A stretch of 64,000 nucleotides of DNA from the NCBI GenBank assembly GCA_963778655.1, contig CAVZVA010000002.1, positions 1-64,000 on the forward strand, read 5' to 3'. Shown piece after piece: positions 34,072 through 43,783 of the stretch; the stretch's first letter is position 1; each line of letters begins with the position of its first letter. Below the pieces are notes generated by a model, which did no database searches, was not told where the DNA came from, and saw only the letters and a program-made list of their open reading frames with translations. The position numbers were made by a program, and so were the translations under genes. Source of the stretch: an uncultured delta proteobacterium. GTDB taxonomy: Bacteria > Myxococcota_A > Polyangia > Polyangiales > JAFGIB01.

Positions 34072-36165
34072 ATGGCCGAGAACCGCGCGGGCAGGGTATG
34101 GATGCTTTGTTCGATCGCACTGTGGGCGATCGCGTGTGTCAACAGCGGTGGTCTGGACAGCGGAGTCGCGGGTGACAAGCAGCTCAAGAATCTGAGCAAC
34201 AAGGAGATCCAAAAAATCTGCGATGCTGCCGACGTGTTCATCGCTGCCGCGTTGCCGGTGGACGTGCAAGCTCGGGCCTCGTGCGCGCAGCAGGCGCTCA
34301 TGCCCTTCATACCGGGTCCAAGCAGTCGAGCGACCCCCGCGCCCACGGGCGACGATTATGCGATGTGTCAGGCGGCGTACCAGCAGTGCGTCGACGCACT
34401 CCAGGGTGACGGCGGCATGATCTCGAACGCGAGCATCTTGCCCCAGACGAGCAGCATGCAACTGCAGTGCTTCAGCATGAGCGAGCTCGCCTCGTGCAAG
34501 GCCACCGTGGACCAGCTGCAGAGCTGCATCCAGAACACCTACGCCGCCCAGTCGCGCGCGCTGCAGGCCGCGAGCTGCCAATTGCTCGAAACCACCGACC
34601 CGACCGCGGCCCTCAGCTTGGTTCCGATGAGCTCGAGCGCATGCGACGCGCTCGACAAGGCATGCCCGGGCCTGTCCAAATTGAGCCAGCGCGCCGGTAC
34701 TCCGATCACGAATCCGATCGGCAACCCGGTTCCGCAACAGACGCCGAACGCCAACGTCGCGTGCGCAGACCTCGGTCTGTCGTTCGACGGCAGCGATTGC
34801 AGCACCACCTCTTGCTCGACAAGCGCGTCGTGCACGTGCAGCTCGACGCCGATGAGCTACCGAACGTGCAACAGCGTGAAGGGTTGTTTGGTCAGCGCGG
34901 ATTGCTCGGTCGCGTGCACGACCTCCTCGTCGAAGGTCCAGTCGTGCGCGCAGGAAACCACGTGTCAGGACGACTCCGACTGCGGCGGCGCCTACTGCGT
35001 CAAATCGGCGAGCGCGAGCACTGGGACGTGCAGCCGCGGCAAGCCCGGCGACGCCTGCATGGAAGACGGCGATTGCCAGTCGAGCTCTTGCGCGGCCGAC
35101 AGCAGCGGCGGCTCGATGCGGTGCAAGGGCACGGCCACGTCTGGGACCACTTGCACGAGCGCCGTCGAGTGCGCGAGCGGCATCTGCGTCCAGGACTTCT
35201 CTCGCGGCACCCGCACCTGCAGCGACGGCGCCAATGGCGACCCTTGCTCGACTTCGACCGACTGCATGTCGGGCTCGTGCGTCTACACCAGCGGTACCGG
35301 CCAGCATTGTACCGATCGCATGAACGGCTCGCCGTGCTCGAGCGATAGCGACTGCGACTCCGGACATTGCGCGAGCGGCGGGGGAACCAGCTCGACCTGC
35401 GTCGCCGGCATGCCCGGCGACCCGTGCGACAGCTCGTCGGACTGCGTTTCGGGCCGTTGCGTCACGTCGCAAACCGACTTCATGGAGACGTGCGCCTATT
35501 CGTCCGGCGACACCTGCCCGGGCGGCATCGCCGATTGCAACGGCCAGTGCCGCTCGCGGCAGGCGAGCTGCAGCGGCACCAGCTGCGACGCGACCTGCAG
35601 CGCCTCGTGCAGCACGGCCACGTTCGCGACTTGGAGCGCGACCGACAAAGCCAGCGGCATCACACTCTCGAACGGCGACCTGACCGCGACCGGCAGCAGC
35701 TCGGAAGTCGCGGTACGCGCGACCGTCGGCAAGACCAGCGGCAAGTATTACTGGGAGGTCACCGCCGAGAGCGCGAGCAGCACGTATGCGGTGGTCGGTG
35801 TCATGTCGATGAGCTCGCTGCTCGACTTCGGGCTCGGCAGCGTCGGCCCTGGCGCCGGCTTCGCCGCTAGCGGCTCGATCACCTCGTATTCGAGCGGTGG
35901 CGGCACGGCGTGCATGTTCTCGAGTGGCACCGTGATCGGCGTGGCGCTCGATCTCGATTCGGGCATGGTCTACTTCAGTCTGGACGGGGTCTGGCAAGCC
36001 GGCGGCAACCCCGACTCGAGCACCGGCGGCACCGCGTTCGGCAGCACGAGCGAGGCGATGTACCCCGCGGTCAGCCTGGGCATCGGCGACGTGCTGACTG
36101 CGAACTTCGGCCAGAGCGCGTTCGCGTACGTGCCGCCGAGCGGCTTCACGGCGCTGACCCAGTGA
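34072..36165 (+). CDS. Cys-rich lipoprotein with C-terminal SPRY domain
   Basis: AIAC lipobox-like; repeats G..C....DC.SG.C; SGKYYWEV...G.VIGVALDLD.G.VYF...MYPAVS...NFG. Confidence 0.85.
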   Translation: MAENRAGRVWMLCSIALWAIACVNSGGLDSGVAGDKQLKNLSNKEIQKICDAADVFIAAALPVDVQARASCAQQALMPFIPGPSSRATPAPTGDDYAMCQAAYQQCVDALQGDGGMISNASILPQTSSMQLQCFSMSELASCKATVDQLQSCIQNTYAAQSRALQAASCQLLETTDPTAALSLVPMSSSACDALDKACPGLSKLSQRAGTPITNPIGNPVPQQTPNANVACADLGLSFDGSDCSTTSCSTSASCTCSSTPMSYRTCNSVKGCLVSADCSVACTTSSSKVQSCAQETTCQDDSDCGGAYCVKSASASTGTCSRGKPGDACMEDGDCQSSSCAADSSGGSMRCKGTATSGTTCTSAVECASGICVQDFSRGTRTCSDGANGDPCSTSTDCMSGSCVYTSGTGQHCTDRMNGSPCSSDSDCDSGHCASGGGTSSTCVAGMPGDPCDSSSDCVSGRCVTSQTDFMETCAYSSGDTCPGGIADCNGQCRSRQASCSGTSCDATCSASCSTATFATWSATDKASGITLSNGDLTATGSSSEVAVRATVGKTSGKYYWEVTAESASSTYAVVGVMSMSSLLDFGLGSVGPGAGFAASGSITSYSSGGGTACMFSSGTVIGVALDLDSGMVYFSLDGVWQAGGNPDSSTGGTAFGSTSEAMYPAVSLGIGDVLTANFGQSAFAYVPPSGFTALTQ

Positions 36166-36226
36166 CGAGACCACCTTCGTATGCGATCGCGCGCGGCGAT
36201 CGCCCCCTTCGAGAGGAGACTGCAAA

Positions 36227-37747
36227 GTGAAGACATCTAGGGGCTGTCGCAAGTTGCCACTGCAGTTGCTGTGCGCGATCGCGATGCTTGCGCTCGCCTT
36301 GTCGATCCCGGGCAGGGCCCGGGCCGACGCCAGAAGCGCCGGCCTAGCGGGCAGCTTGCTGATCGAGAACCGGGATGACGTCTACTTCTTTCCGCAGCTC
36401 ACGCTCACCTACCCGAACCAGATCGCCTTCTCCTACGGCGCGGGCCAAAACGCGGGCAACGGCCTGTTGCTGATGGGCAGCGACACCTTCCAGTTCGGCG
36501 TGTCGGTGCACCGCGGCGACGTGCTGTCGCCGATGATGATCAACGGACTGACCGGCACGACCGGCCCGGCGAGCCTATTCGGCGTCAACGAGCTGGCCAA
36601 TCTGAATGGTCCGACCAGCGTGTTCGGCGCGCCGTTCGGCGTCACGCCAGCGGCGATCCTCGACCTGCTGTTCGGAGCACGCGCGGGGGGCGGCGATCTC
36701 GGCTTTCGCGTCGGCGTTGGCAGCGGCTCGACCAACACCACCACTGCCGGCATGGACACCGGTCAAAACGACACATTCTTGATGGGCGAGGTCGGCTACG
36801 GCTGGGGTACGCGCGGTCAGACCTCGCGCTTCGATCTGAGCGGCGCGGTCGCGCTCGACTTCGCGGGACAGCAAGCGGCCGGTACCGACGTTTCGTCCGG
36901 CACCCACTTCGGCGTGTCTGGCCTGATGCGCGGCTTCATTCCGATGGATCGCGCGCTCGACCTCGGTGTTCTGGTGAACGGCCAGGTCGCCGACACCTCG
37001 GTCACCAACAAGACCGCAGCGGGCAGTCCTGCCGCGACCACGCTCGCGGTCAACGTCGGCGGCGGCGTGGGTCCGGCGTTTCGCTTCGGCCGCGTGCAGG
37101 TCGCGGGCTACGCCGTGGTACGCGCGCTTGTGCTGAACGTCGACCCGAACAACAACGCGAACAACGACGACGTCACGACGCACACGGTGGTACTCCCTGG
37201 CGTGCACATGGCGGTCGAGGTCCCGGTGACGAATTGGTTCTTCGTGCGCACCGGCGCAGAGTACGCGTTCAACATCCGCGGCACCGATGCGCCATCGAAC
37301 AACGGCACGAGCGCGCGCGACGGGAGCTTCGGCTGGAACGCAGGTTTCGGCGCGTGGATCGATCAGTTCCGTTTCGACGGGTCGCTGCAGCATGGGTTCG
37401 TCACCAGCGGTCCCAACTTCCTCGGCGGCGGCAGCGGCTTCCTCGCGATCGCGACGCTCAGTTACAGCTTCGACAAGGCGCGCAAGGAAGCCCTCGAGGT
37501 TCATGCGCCTCCGCCTCCGCCTCCGCCTCCGCCTCCGCCTCCGCCTGCGCCTGCGCCGCCGCCTCCGCCTCCGCCGCCGCCCGAGCCGGTCGCGCCGGAA
37601 CCCGCGTCCGCGCTCGGCGGCGGGTTGCAAGCGCCTGCGAATGGAGCGGTCGAGGGTGGCGCGGGGATCAGCACCCAACCCGCGCCCGCGCCGGAACCCG
37701 CGCCCGAACCGGTGCCTGCACCCGCACGCCGCCACCACCACCACTGA
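36227..37747 (+). CDS. Probable outer-membrane beta-barrel protein with Pro-rich tail
   Basis: Signal peptide; alternating Gly/aromatic beta strands ending ATLSYSF; poly-Pro tail and HHHH. Confidence 0.65.
   Translation: MKTSRGCRKLPLQLLCAIAMLALALSIPGRARADARSAGLAGSLLIENRDDVYFFPQLTLTYPNQIAFSYGAGQNAGNGLLLMGSDTFQFGVSVHRGDVLSPMMINGLTGTTGPASLFGVNELANLNGPTSVFGAPFGVTPAAILDLLFGARAGGGDLGFRVGVGSGSTNTTTAGMDTGQNDTFLMGEVGYGWGTRGQTSRFDLSGAVALDFAGQQAAGTDVSSGTHFGVSGLMRGFIPMDRALDLGVLVNGQVADTSVTNKTAAGSPAATTLAVNVGGGVGPAFRFGRVQVAGYAVVRALVLNVDPNNNANNDDVTTHTVVLPGVHMAVEVPVTNWFFVRTGAEYAFNIRGTDAPSNNGTSARDGSFGWNAGFGAWIDQFRFDGSLQHGFVTSGPNFLGGGSGFLAIATLSYSFDKARKEALEVHAPPPPPPPPPPPPPAPAPPPPPPPPPEPVAPEPASALGGGLQAPANGAVEGGAGISTQPAPAPEPAPEPVPAPARRHHHH
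37507..37578 (+). repeat. (GCCTCC)n hexanucleotide tract encoding poly-Pro
   Basis: Six perfect GCCTCC units followed by variants. Confidence 0.9.
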
Positions 37748-37849
37748 TTGGCACCGCGGCGAAGTGCTGTGAGACGGCGCGCCCGGCAGGCGCGCGAGAT
37801 GATCGAGGTGGATGCCATGCAGAGCTGACTTCGAAGCTGGCGGTCGGGA

Positions 37850-38222
37850 CCTGCCTGCCGTCGAGCTCGAACGTGCGCGAGCCTTCGATGGCTTGCTCGA
37901 AATCGACGCCATCGATGCTGGTGAGCACTTCGATCAGGTTCGGCTTCACGCCCATACGGTAGCCGTAGCCTGGGTGGGCGAACAAGCCCTCCGTGACGCC
38001 GTGTGCGGCGACGGGCGCGCCAAACGTTGCGAGCGCCGCGAACACGCGCCGTGCATTCTCGGGGCTCGGCCGAACGAAGAGATCCATGTCGTCGGTGCCA
38101 CGCGCGTATCCATGCAGCGCGAGTGCCCACCCGCCGACCAAGACGAAGTCCACGTCGCCATCCACGAACGCGACGAGGAGATCGCGAAAGTCGTCGACGA
38201 GCAGTGGCTCACCGGTGGTCAA
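37850..38222 (-). pseudogene. Nucleotidyltransferase-fold protein, C-terminus apparently lost
   Basis: VLVGGWAL..HG..R.T.D.DL...IEVLTSIDGV.F; homology-like sequence ends at DGRQVP. Confidence 0.7.
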
Positions 38223-38442
38223 GCGCGAGGATCTCCCCGGGCCACTCGGCGCGCGGTCGGGGCGCTTCGGTCTTGCCGCTCATAGTTGCGAGCCGACGCG
38301 AGAGCGCAGTCATGTGTGTCAGACGCGCGGCCAGATCGAGCTCTTCGTACAGCGCGGGCTTGGGCGTGCCTGCGATCACGATTTCGCCCGCGTACTCGCG
38401 TCGCCGTCGCGCTGCCCTCGCTGCTGCGTCCGCATCGTCCAT
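38209..38442 (-). CDS. Small hypothetical protein overlapping the nucleotidyltransferase start
   Basis: 77-aa ORF overlapping the downstream start, as in TA-like pairs. Confidence 0.55.
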   Translation of the reverse strand: MDDADAAARAARRRREYAGEIVIAGTPKPALYEELDLAARLTHMTALSRRLATMSGKTEAPRPRAEWPGEILALDHR

Positions 38443-38627
38443 GGCATATTCAGCATACCACGTCAGACTGCGTGGTCACGACGCGAGTCGCCCACGAATC
38501 GGCAGCTGTTTCAACGAGATAGAGCGGGCGCAACAGGCTGCAACGTGGCCCCCCGGATCAGGCGGCTGGCTCAGCCCGCGGCGATCTCCGCCAGCGCGGT
38601 TCCAAGATCGTCTAGGATCAGCAAAAC

Positions 38628-39392
38628 GTGTTCGCGCCGCACCGCGGCCGGGGCTACGCAACGCGCGCGGTCCATCTCCTCATGCACCATCTCGCGATGC
38701 GGACTACCCGGCGCTCCGTCACGCTGCTGATCGACGCTGGCAACGACCGCTCGCTCGCAGTCGCCGAGCGCGCGGGGTTTGCGCAGAGTGACGCGTCGCC
38801 CGGCCACCGTCCTGGCCAGCGATGCTTCAAGCGGCCGGTGCCGCCGATCAGCTACAGCGATGAATCCATCACGATCCGGCGCCAGCGCGTCGAGGATTTG
38901 GAGGTGCACCTCGAAGCCACAGACGATGAGCAGATCCGCTGGCTCTGGCTCCCCGGCGAGCGGGAACGCTGGGAGGCGATGACGCCGGTTGCGCAGCGCA
39001 CCGACGTCGCGCGCGGGCTAGAGGCCAATCACGACGCGTTCGGCACGGGCCCCAAGTGGACGTTCGCGGTCGACGCGGCCGATACCGAATACGTCGCCTG
39101 CGTCGACTGCGATCTCGCAAACGAGCACGTCCCGCGCGGCGAGGCGAACGTCGCCTACTCGACGCACCCCGCGCACCGCCGCCGTGGCTACGCCACCCGG
39201 GCGGTGCACCTCGTCTCGCGTTTCGTGCGCGACCACACCGGCGCGCGCGAGGTGCACATCCTGGTCGACGCCGAAAACGGCGCCTCGCTGCGGGTCGTGC
39301 GAGCGGTCGGCGCGCGCGAGCGGCAGCGCTGGCTCAACGACCTGGGCCGGACGACAATCCGTCATGTGCTCGACGCCAGACGCGCGCCGTAG
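38628..39392 (+). pseudogene. Tandem RimJ/RimL-type GNAT acetyltransferase, 5'-truncated
   Basis: Two motif-A copies (PHRGRGYATRAV, PAHRRRGYATRAV); the first domain starts abruptly at motif A. Confidence 0.75.
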
Positions 39393-39963
39393 GTCGCGCT
39401 GCGGCACTCGACCAGTGCATCGCGACATCGCTCGATAGGCACAGCCCGAGCCGATCGCGTCGACCAATGCACGCGCCTGGGTCATACGAAAGCGTCGCGC
39501 GTCACCGGCTTCAAAGGGGTCTACACTGGTTAGGTTTGGCCGGCGGGCCCCGCAGCTTCTCCGTTTGCCCCGATGGCACAGTGCAACTACGGAGGACCTT
39601 CCCTACCCTCCTCCTGAGCGCCGGTTCCAAGAACACGCTGCCCGAGAGAACGCACTGCGGAGAAAACGCGCAGGCAGATGATCCAGGCAGCCAAGCGTCT
39701 TCGCGATTGCTCTCGTCAGTGAAGTAGTTATCTCCGTCCCGTCTTGTCTCTGGCTCGCGCTCGCGGTGGGCCTGCTCGCCGTCGCGGGCGTGTTGCTGCT
39801 TTGGGTGCGCCGCACCGCCCGCGTGCCGATCGAAGCGCTGCAGCTGCAGCTCAGCCACCCGCCGCTGGCGCTGAGCGCCGCGCCAGAGCGAGCCGCCGAA
39901 ACCTGCGCCCCCAACCGACCAGGTCCCCTGTGTCGAGGGACCAAATGCTAGGGCGTGCTCTAA

Positions 39964-40004
39964 ATCACGATTCGGGATCGGCATGGCCGTTCCCGAATCG
40001 TGAT
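39964..40004. terminator. Long hairpin downstream of the DsrE gene
   Basis: ATCACGATTCGGGA...TCCCGAATCGTGAT inverted repeat. Confidence 0.4.
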
Positions 40005-40011
40005 CGGTTAT

Positions 40012-40380
40012 TTAGAAGGAGAGCGAGGCGGCTCCGGCGAGCAGGCGCTCGTGCAGCACGCTGGCGCCTGTGATCTTCACCCCTTCGATGAAGTCTTCTT
40101 GCGCGTAGCCACGCGCCCTGACGCAGGGCGTACAGGCCCAGATGGTGCCGCCGCGACGCAGGAAGTCTTCGATCAGGGCCTTGAGCGGGTCGAGCGGCGC
40201 CACCTGAGTCAGCTCCACGGCCCGCCTGCGCACCAGATCGACCGCGGCGCTGGTCAGAAACGCATGAACCTTGAAGCCGGACGTGATACCCCCATTGGCG
40301 ATGGTGAAGGCGACCGACGACGCTTCGTGGTCCGCACCCTTGCTCATCAGGACGACTAGCTCTTTGGGCGTTTCGGGCAT
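40012..40380 (-). CDS. DsrE/DsrF-like family protein
   Basis: FLT..AV.L...IWACTPC..ARG...EG..I.GA pattern; GAGG RBS. Confidence 0.85.
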   Translation of the reverse strand: MPETPKELVVLMSKGADHEASSVAFTIANGGITSGFKVHAFLTSAAVDLVRRRAVELTQVAPLDPLKALIEDFLRRGGTIWACTPCVRARGYAQEDFIEGVKITGASVLHERLLAGAASLSF

Positions 40381-40557
40381 GGTTGTGCTCCCTCGCTTCG
40401 GGTGGGTGTGGCGCCACCCGGGTCCGCCACGGCTCTGCAGCGCAGGGCCGAAGTCACTGTGGATCCAGCACCAGGGGCGCGTCCTGCCCCAGCGTCCGAA
40501 GCTCTTGCCCGAGGCACCGAACCTGGACGAGCCCCCGCGCTCGGGAGGGGAGTAGTC

Positions 40558-41526
40558 GTGGACGTCTTGTCCGACGTGCTGCGCGTGGTCCGATTGCAGG
40601 GCGCGCTGTTCCTGAACGCCGAATTCCACGAGCCCTGGTGCGTGGCGGCGCCGGGCGGCGCGGATCTCTCGCGCATCCTCGCACCCGGCCGGGAGCATGT
40701 GGCGATCTGCCACCTGATCGTCGAAGGGCGCTGCTGGGCCGGCCTGCAGGAGGGGAACACCTTGCCGCTCGAGGCGGGCGACGTCGTGGTGCTGCCGCAC
40801 GGCGACCCCCATCTGCTCGGAAGCGGGATGCAACACGCGCAGGTGGCGCGGCGTGACGCGGTCGAGCTGAAGCTGCCCGAGCTGACCCGCACGCGCTACG
40901 GCGGGCACGGTGCCGCCACCGTCGCCTTTTGCGGGTGGTTCGCATACGAACGGCACCTGGACAGCCCCGCGATGACCGCGCTGCCGCGCATCTTCTCGAC
41001 CAACATCAGGCGCCGCCCTTCGGCCGCGTGGCTGGAGAGCGCGATCGCGTACGCGGTGGTCGAGGCGGCATCGGGACGCACCGGCTCCAACGTCGTCACG
41101 GACAAGCTGGCCGAAGTGCTGTTCGTGGAGGCGCTGCGCGGATATGCCGAGTCGCTGCCCGAGACTCAGACCGGCTGGCTGGCGGGGCTGCGGGATCCGC
41201 TGGTCGGGCGCTGCATCGCGCTCTTGCACGAGCGTCCGGCGCACGCCTGGACCGTTGGATCGCTGGCGCACGAGGTCAGCACGTCACGCTCGGTGTTGGC
41301 GGAACGCTTCGTCGCGCTGATCGGCATTCCGCCGATGCACTACCTCACCCAGTGGCGGCTTGCACTCGCGGCCCATCTGCTACGCGACGACCACCTGAGC
41401 CTCGGCGCCATCGCCGAGCAGATCGGCTACGAGTCCGAGGCGGCGTTCAGCCGTGCCTTCAAGCGCAGGTACGGCAGGCCGCCGGGCAGCTGGCGCAAGC
41501 TGGGCCGCGCCGGAGACGACGCCTGA
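40558..41526 (+). CDS. AraC family regulator (cupin + HTH)
   Basis: DVLSDVL...PW...W.V..LA.....SRS..AERF....G.PP..YL..WR...GYESEAAFSRAFKR. Confidence 0.93.
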   Translation: MDVLSDVLRVVRLQGALFLNAEFHEPWCVAAPGGADLSRILAPGREHVAICHLIVEGRCWAGLQEGNTLPLEAGDVVVLPHGDPHLLGSGMQHAQVARRDAVELKLPELTRTRYGGHGAATVAFCGWFAYERHLDSPAMTALPRIFSTNIRRRPSAAWLESAIAYAVVEAASGRTGSNVVTDKLAEVLFVEALRGYAESLPETQTGWLAGLRDPLVGRCIALLHERPAHAWTVGSLAHEVSTSRSVLAERFVALIGIPPMHYLTQWRLALAAHLLRDDHLSLGAIAEQIGYESEAAFSRAFKRRYGRPPGSWRKLGRAGDDA

Positions 41527-41759
41527 GGCCACGCCACGCGGCCCTGCTGCGCTGCCTGGAATCGGTCCTCGATACATCGACCTGCCCCCCGTCACGGGGG
41601 CGAGCCGCTCATGGTCGTTCGCGGGCCTGTCCGGCATCGCCCAACATGGCGTCAGCCCAGCGGAATTCTTTCCGAGTCCCTTGCAAATCCGCGACATCCC
41701 CACGTTCCGTCGCGGCGTGCACGCCGAACCGGCGACCGCTCGCTCGCCAGATAACGAAG

Positions 41760-41784
41760 TGGCGTCCCCAGCGGGATTTGAACC
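41760..41784 (-). mobile_element. att-like copy of the tRNA-Glu 3' end (inverted relative to the tRNA)
   Basis: TGGCGTCCCCAGCGGGATTTGAACC is the exact reverse complement of 33024-33048. Confidence 0.8.
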
Positions 41785-41787
41785 GCG

Positions 41788-41861
41788 CCCCAGCGACTTG
41801 GGCAATCCACAGGATCGCGGACGATGGCGGATACGATGTTGGTGTCGAGCAGGTAGCGCAC
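41788..41861 (-). pseudogene. vapC: vapC (PIN toxin) 5' remnant
   Basis: MRYLLDTNIVSAIVRDP immediately after vapB; homology lost just before the att-like site. Confidence 0.8.
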
Positions 41862-41862
41862 C

Positions 41863-42102
41863 TTAGAGGTCGACGTCGGCGATCGGAAGGTCGGCGATCG
41901 GCGCAAAGTCGTCATCCAACGGCTCGAGCGTCGCGAGCAGGGCGAGCAGAGAGCGCGGCGGCGCGGGCTCGATGATCAGGCGGTCGCCTTCCTTGCGCAT
42001 GATGGCGTCCTCGCCCGGCAGCTCGAACTCCCGCGGAATTCGAAGCGCCTGGTTGCGGCCGTTGGTGAAGAGCTTCACGTGGCGTGCCGGATAGTCGGGC
42101 AT
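41863..42102 (-). CDS. vapB: VapB/AbrB-fold antitoxin
   Basis: KLF.NGRNQALRIPREFEL...KEGDRLIIEP; palindrome GGCATATGCC at 42098-42107. Confidence 0.9.
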   Translation of the reverse strand: MPDYPARHVKLFTNGRNQALRIPREFELPGEDAIMRKEGDRLIIEPAPPRSLLALLATLEPLDDDFAPIADLPIADVDL

Positions 42103-42340
42103 ATGCCAAAGCATTTGCCGGCCGAGCGGCCCTGTTCAAGAGGCCAGGGCGCTTATCCGCCGAGGCGGCCGCGCTTGCATTTTGCATGCACCAGCGCCGG
42201 TATGCATGCGTGCCGGCGTCGATCACGATCCACGCGTTACCGTCGGCGACGGCGAACGGCATCGTGGCGAGAAGCGTCTGAGGCCGCGCGTCACGAGCGC
42301 AACCGGCGCCGCCGGCGGGGCCGCGAGCAGGGACCACGCC

Positions 42341-43180
42341 TCACTTGCGCGTGCGGCTGTCGGCGTACGACGCGGCCAGACCTGGGCGGGCGTCGACCTG
42401 CACGCCGTAGGGCGGAATCGGATAACGCAATCCGTTCTTGGCCAGGCGCTCCATGCCCTGCAGGGCCTTGAGCAGGTACGCCGGCGGGGTGGCGAGCAGC
42501 AGCTCGTCGTCGGCAACGCCGCCAAAGCGGCGCTCGGCGAAGCAGGGGATCGATACGCACGGCTCGCGCGTCACCAGCGCGCGGCCCCACGAGTCGGCGC
42601 AGGCCGACTCGCCCACGCAGGTCATCTCGAGCTTGCGATAGCCCGACCACTGCAGACCGCTGATGAGCATGATCATCTGCCCGGGGGTGGCGTAGACGAG
42701 GCAGATGTCGGGTGGGTCGAGCCGACCGAACGCAAGCGGCGACACGACCATGGCCTGGTACCTGCCGTGCGGAACGCAGCTCATCGCGTGCTGGTGCGCC
42801 GAGGCGTCCTGCAGCGTCTCGTACCAGACGCCCTTCATGTGCGCGCCCGACAACCACTGCGGGTCCTGCGGCAGCAGGCCGAGCACTGCGCCGCATTGTT
42901 GGCTAGCGAGGTCGCCGGCCGTGACGCCCACGGTCCAATTGAGGCGGCTCGCCAGGCCGACGATCTGGTCCGTGGTGTGCACGCTCGGGGGCCGCCGCAC
43001 CTTGGGCACGGCCTGCATCTGCTCGACGCGCTCGAACAGCTTCATGCCGATCGGTGTGGTGCGCAGCCGCAGCATTCGGTTGAGCTCATCGACCAGCGCC
43101 GGCCAGTCGTAGTGCTCGGGCTCGGGCGGCGCGGCGCCGCGGATCTGCGCAAGTGGGCTCGATTCGTCGTGCTCGCTCAT
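42341..43180 (-). CDS. DUF169-like protein
   Basis: L.LRT.PIG.K...PD....YA.P.Q.......L...G.SACAD...PC..ER.F...DEL pattern. Confidence 0.7.
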   Translation of the reverse strand: MSEHDESSPLAQIRGAAPPEPEHYDWPALVDELNRMLRLRTTPIGMKLFERVEQMQAVPKVRRPPSVHTTDQIVGLASRLNWTVGVTAGDLASQQCGAVLGLLPQDPQWLSGAHMKGVWYETLQDASAHQHAMSCVPHGRYQAMVVSPLAFGRLDPPDICLVYATPGQMIMLISGLQWSGYRKLEMTCVGESACADSWGRALVTREPCVSIPCFAERRFGGVADDELLLATPPAYLLKALQGMERLAKNGLRYPIPPYGVQVDARPGLAASYADSRTRK

Positions 43181-43319
43181 GGCGAACAGCATGGCAGAGT
43201 CAGGGCGCGCGAAGTAGCCCGCCCAGACTGCTGCAGCGCGGGCGCCATACCCTGCCCGCCGCGGCGGCCGCGGCGCCCGGCTCGGGGCCGCTGACTCGGG
43301 ACGGCTGGTGCGGCGCGGA

Positions 43320-43497
43320 TCCGCAGCTCTTGGGCAGAGCGTGCTGGTCGATTCGCCGATGAGACATTCGGTAGCGTTGGGTAAGCTCGCCGACATCGGG
43401 TTCGTCAAGGGCGCGCCAGTCGTGAAGTCCCAGGGGGCCCAGCCGACCGCGTGGATCTACGTCGACGTGACCGGCTCGGACATCCGCGGCTATGTGC
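43320..43497 (+). pseudogene. Internal fragment of a CusA/CzcA RND efflux gene
   Basis: LG.LADI..V.G.P.VKS......AWIYVDV.G.DI.GYV. Confidence 0.6.
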
Positions 43498-43783
43498 CGT
43501 ACACGTCCGACGCGGCCGAGACCGAAAACACCGTCCGAACGTAACAGCTGGAAATTGTTGGCTGAGGCTCCTGTTTCCCAAGCGTTCGCAGCTCGCGTTT
43601 GGCAGTCGCACGCCGCTCGCGTTCCTGGTACCCATGGACCACCATGCCGGTCGCCGTAAGCGGACCCGGCGATCTCCCGCACACCCGACGCTTGCCGGTC
43701 GAGCTGCGACAGGCCGGCGACCGGGTGGCGCTGGTCGCTCCACCCGCGACAGGCAGCCCAGTCTAATCATCGAGCTTCGGCAC

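Noticed and set aside
39400..39960. Short ORFs and CTAGGGCGTG as an IS end
   Set aside because: No matching second inverted end and no recognisable protein
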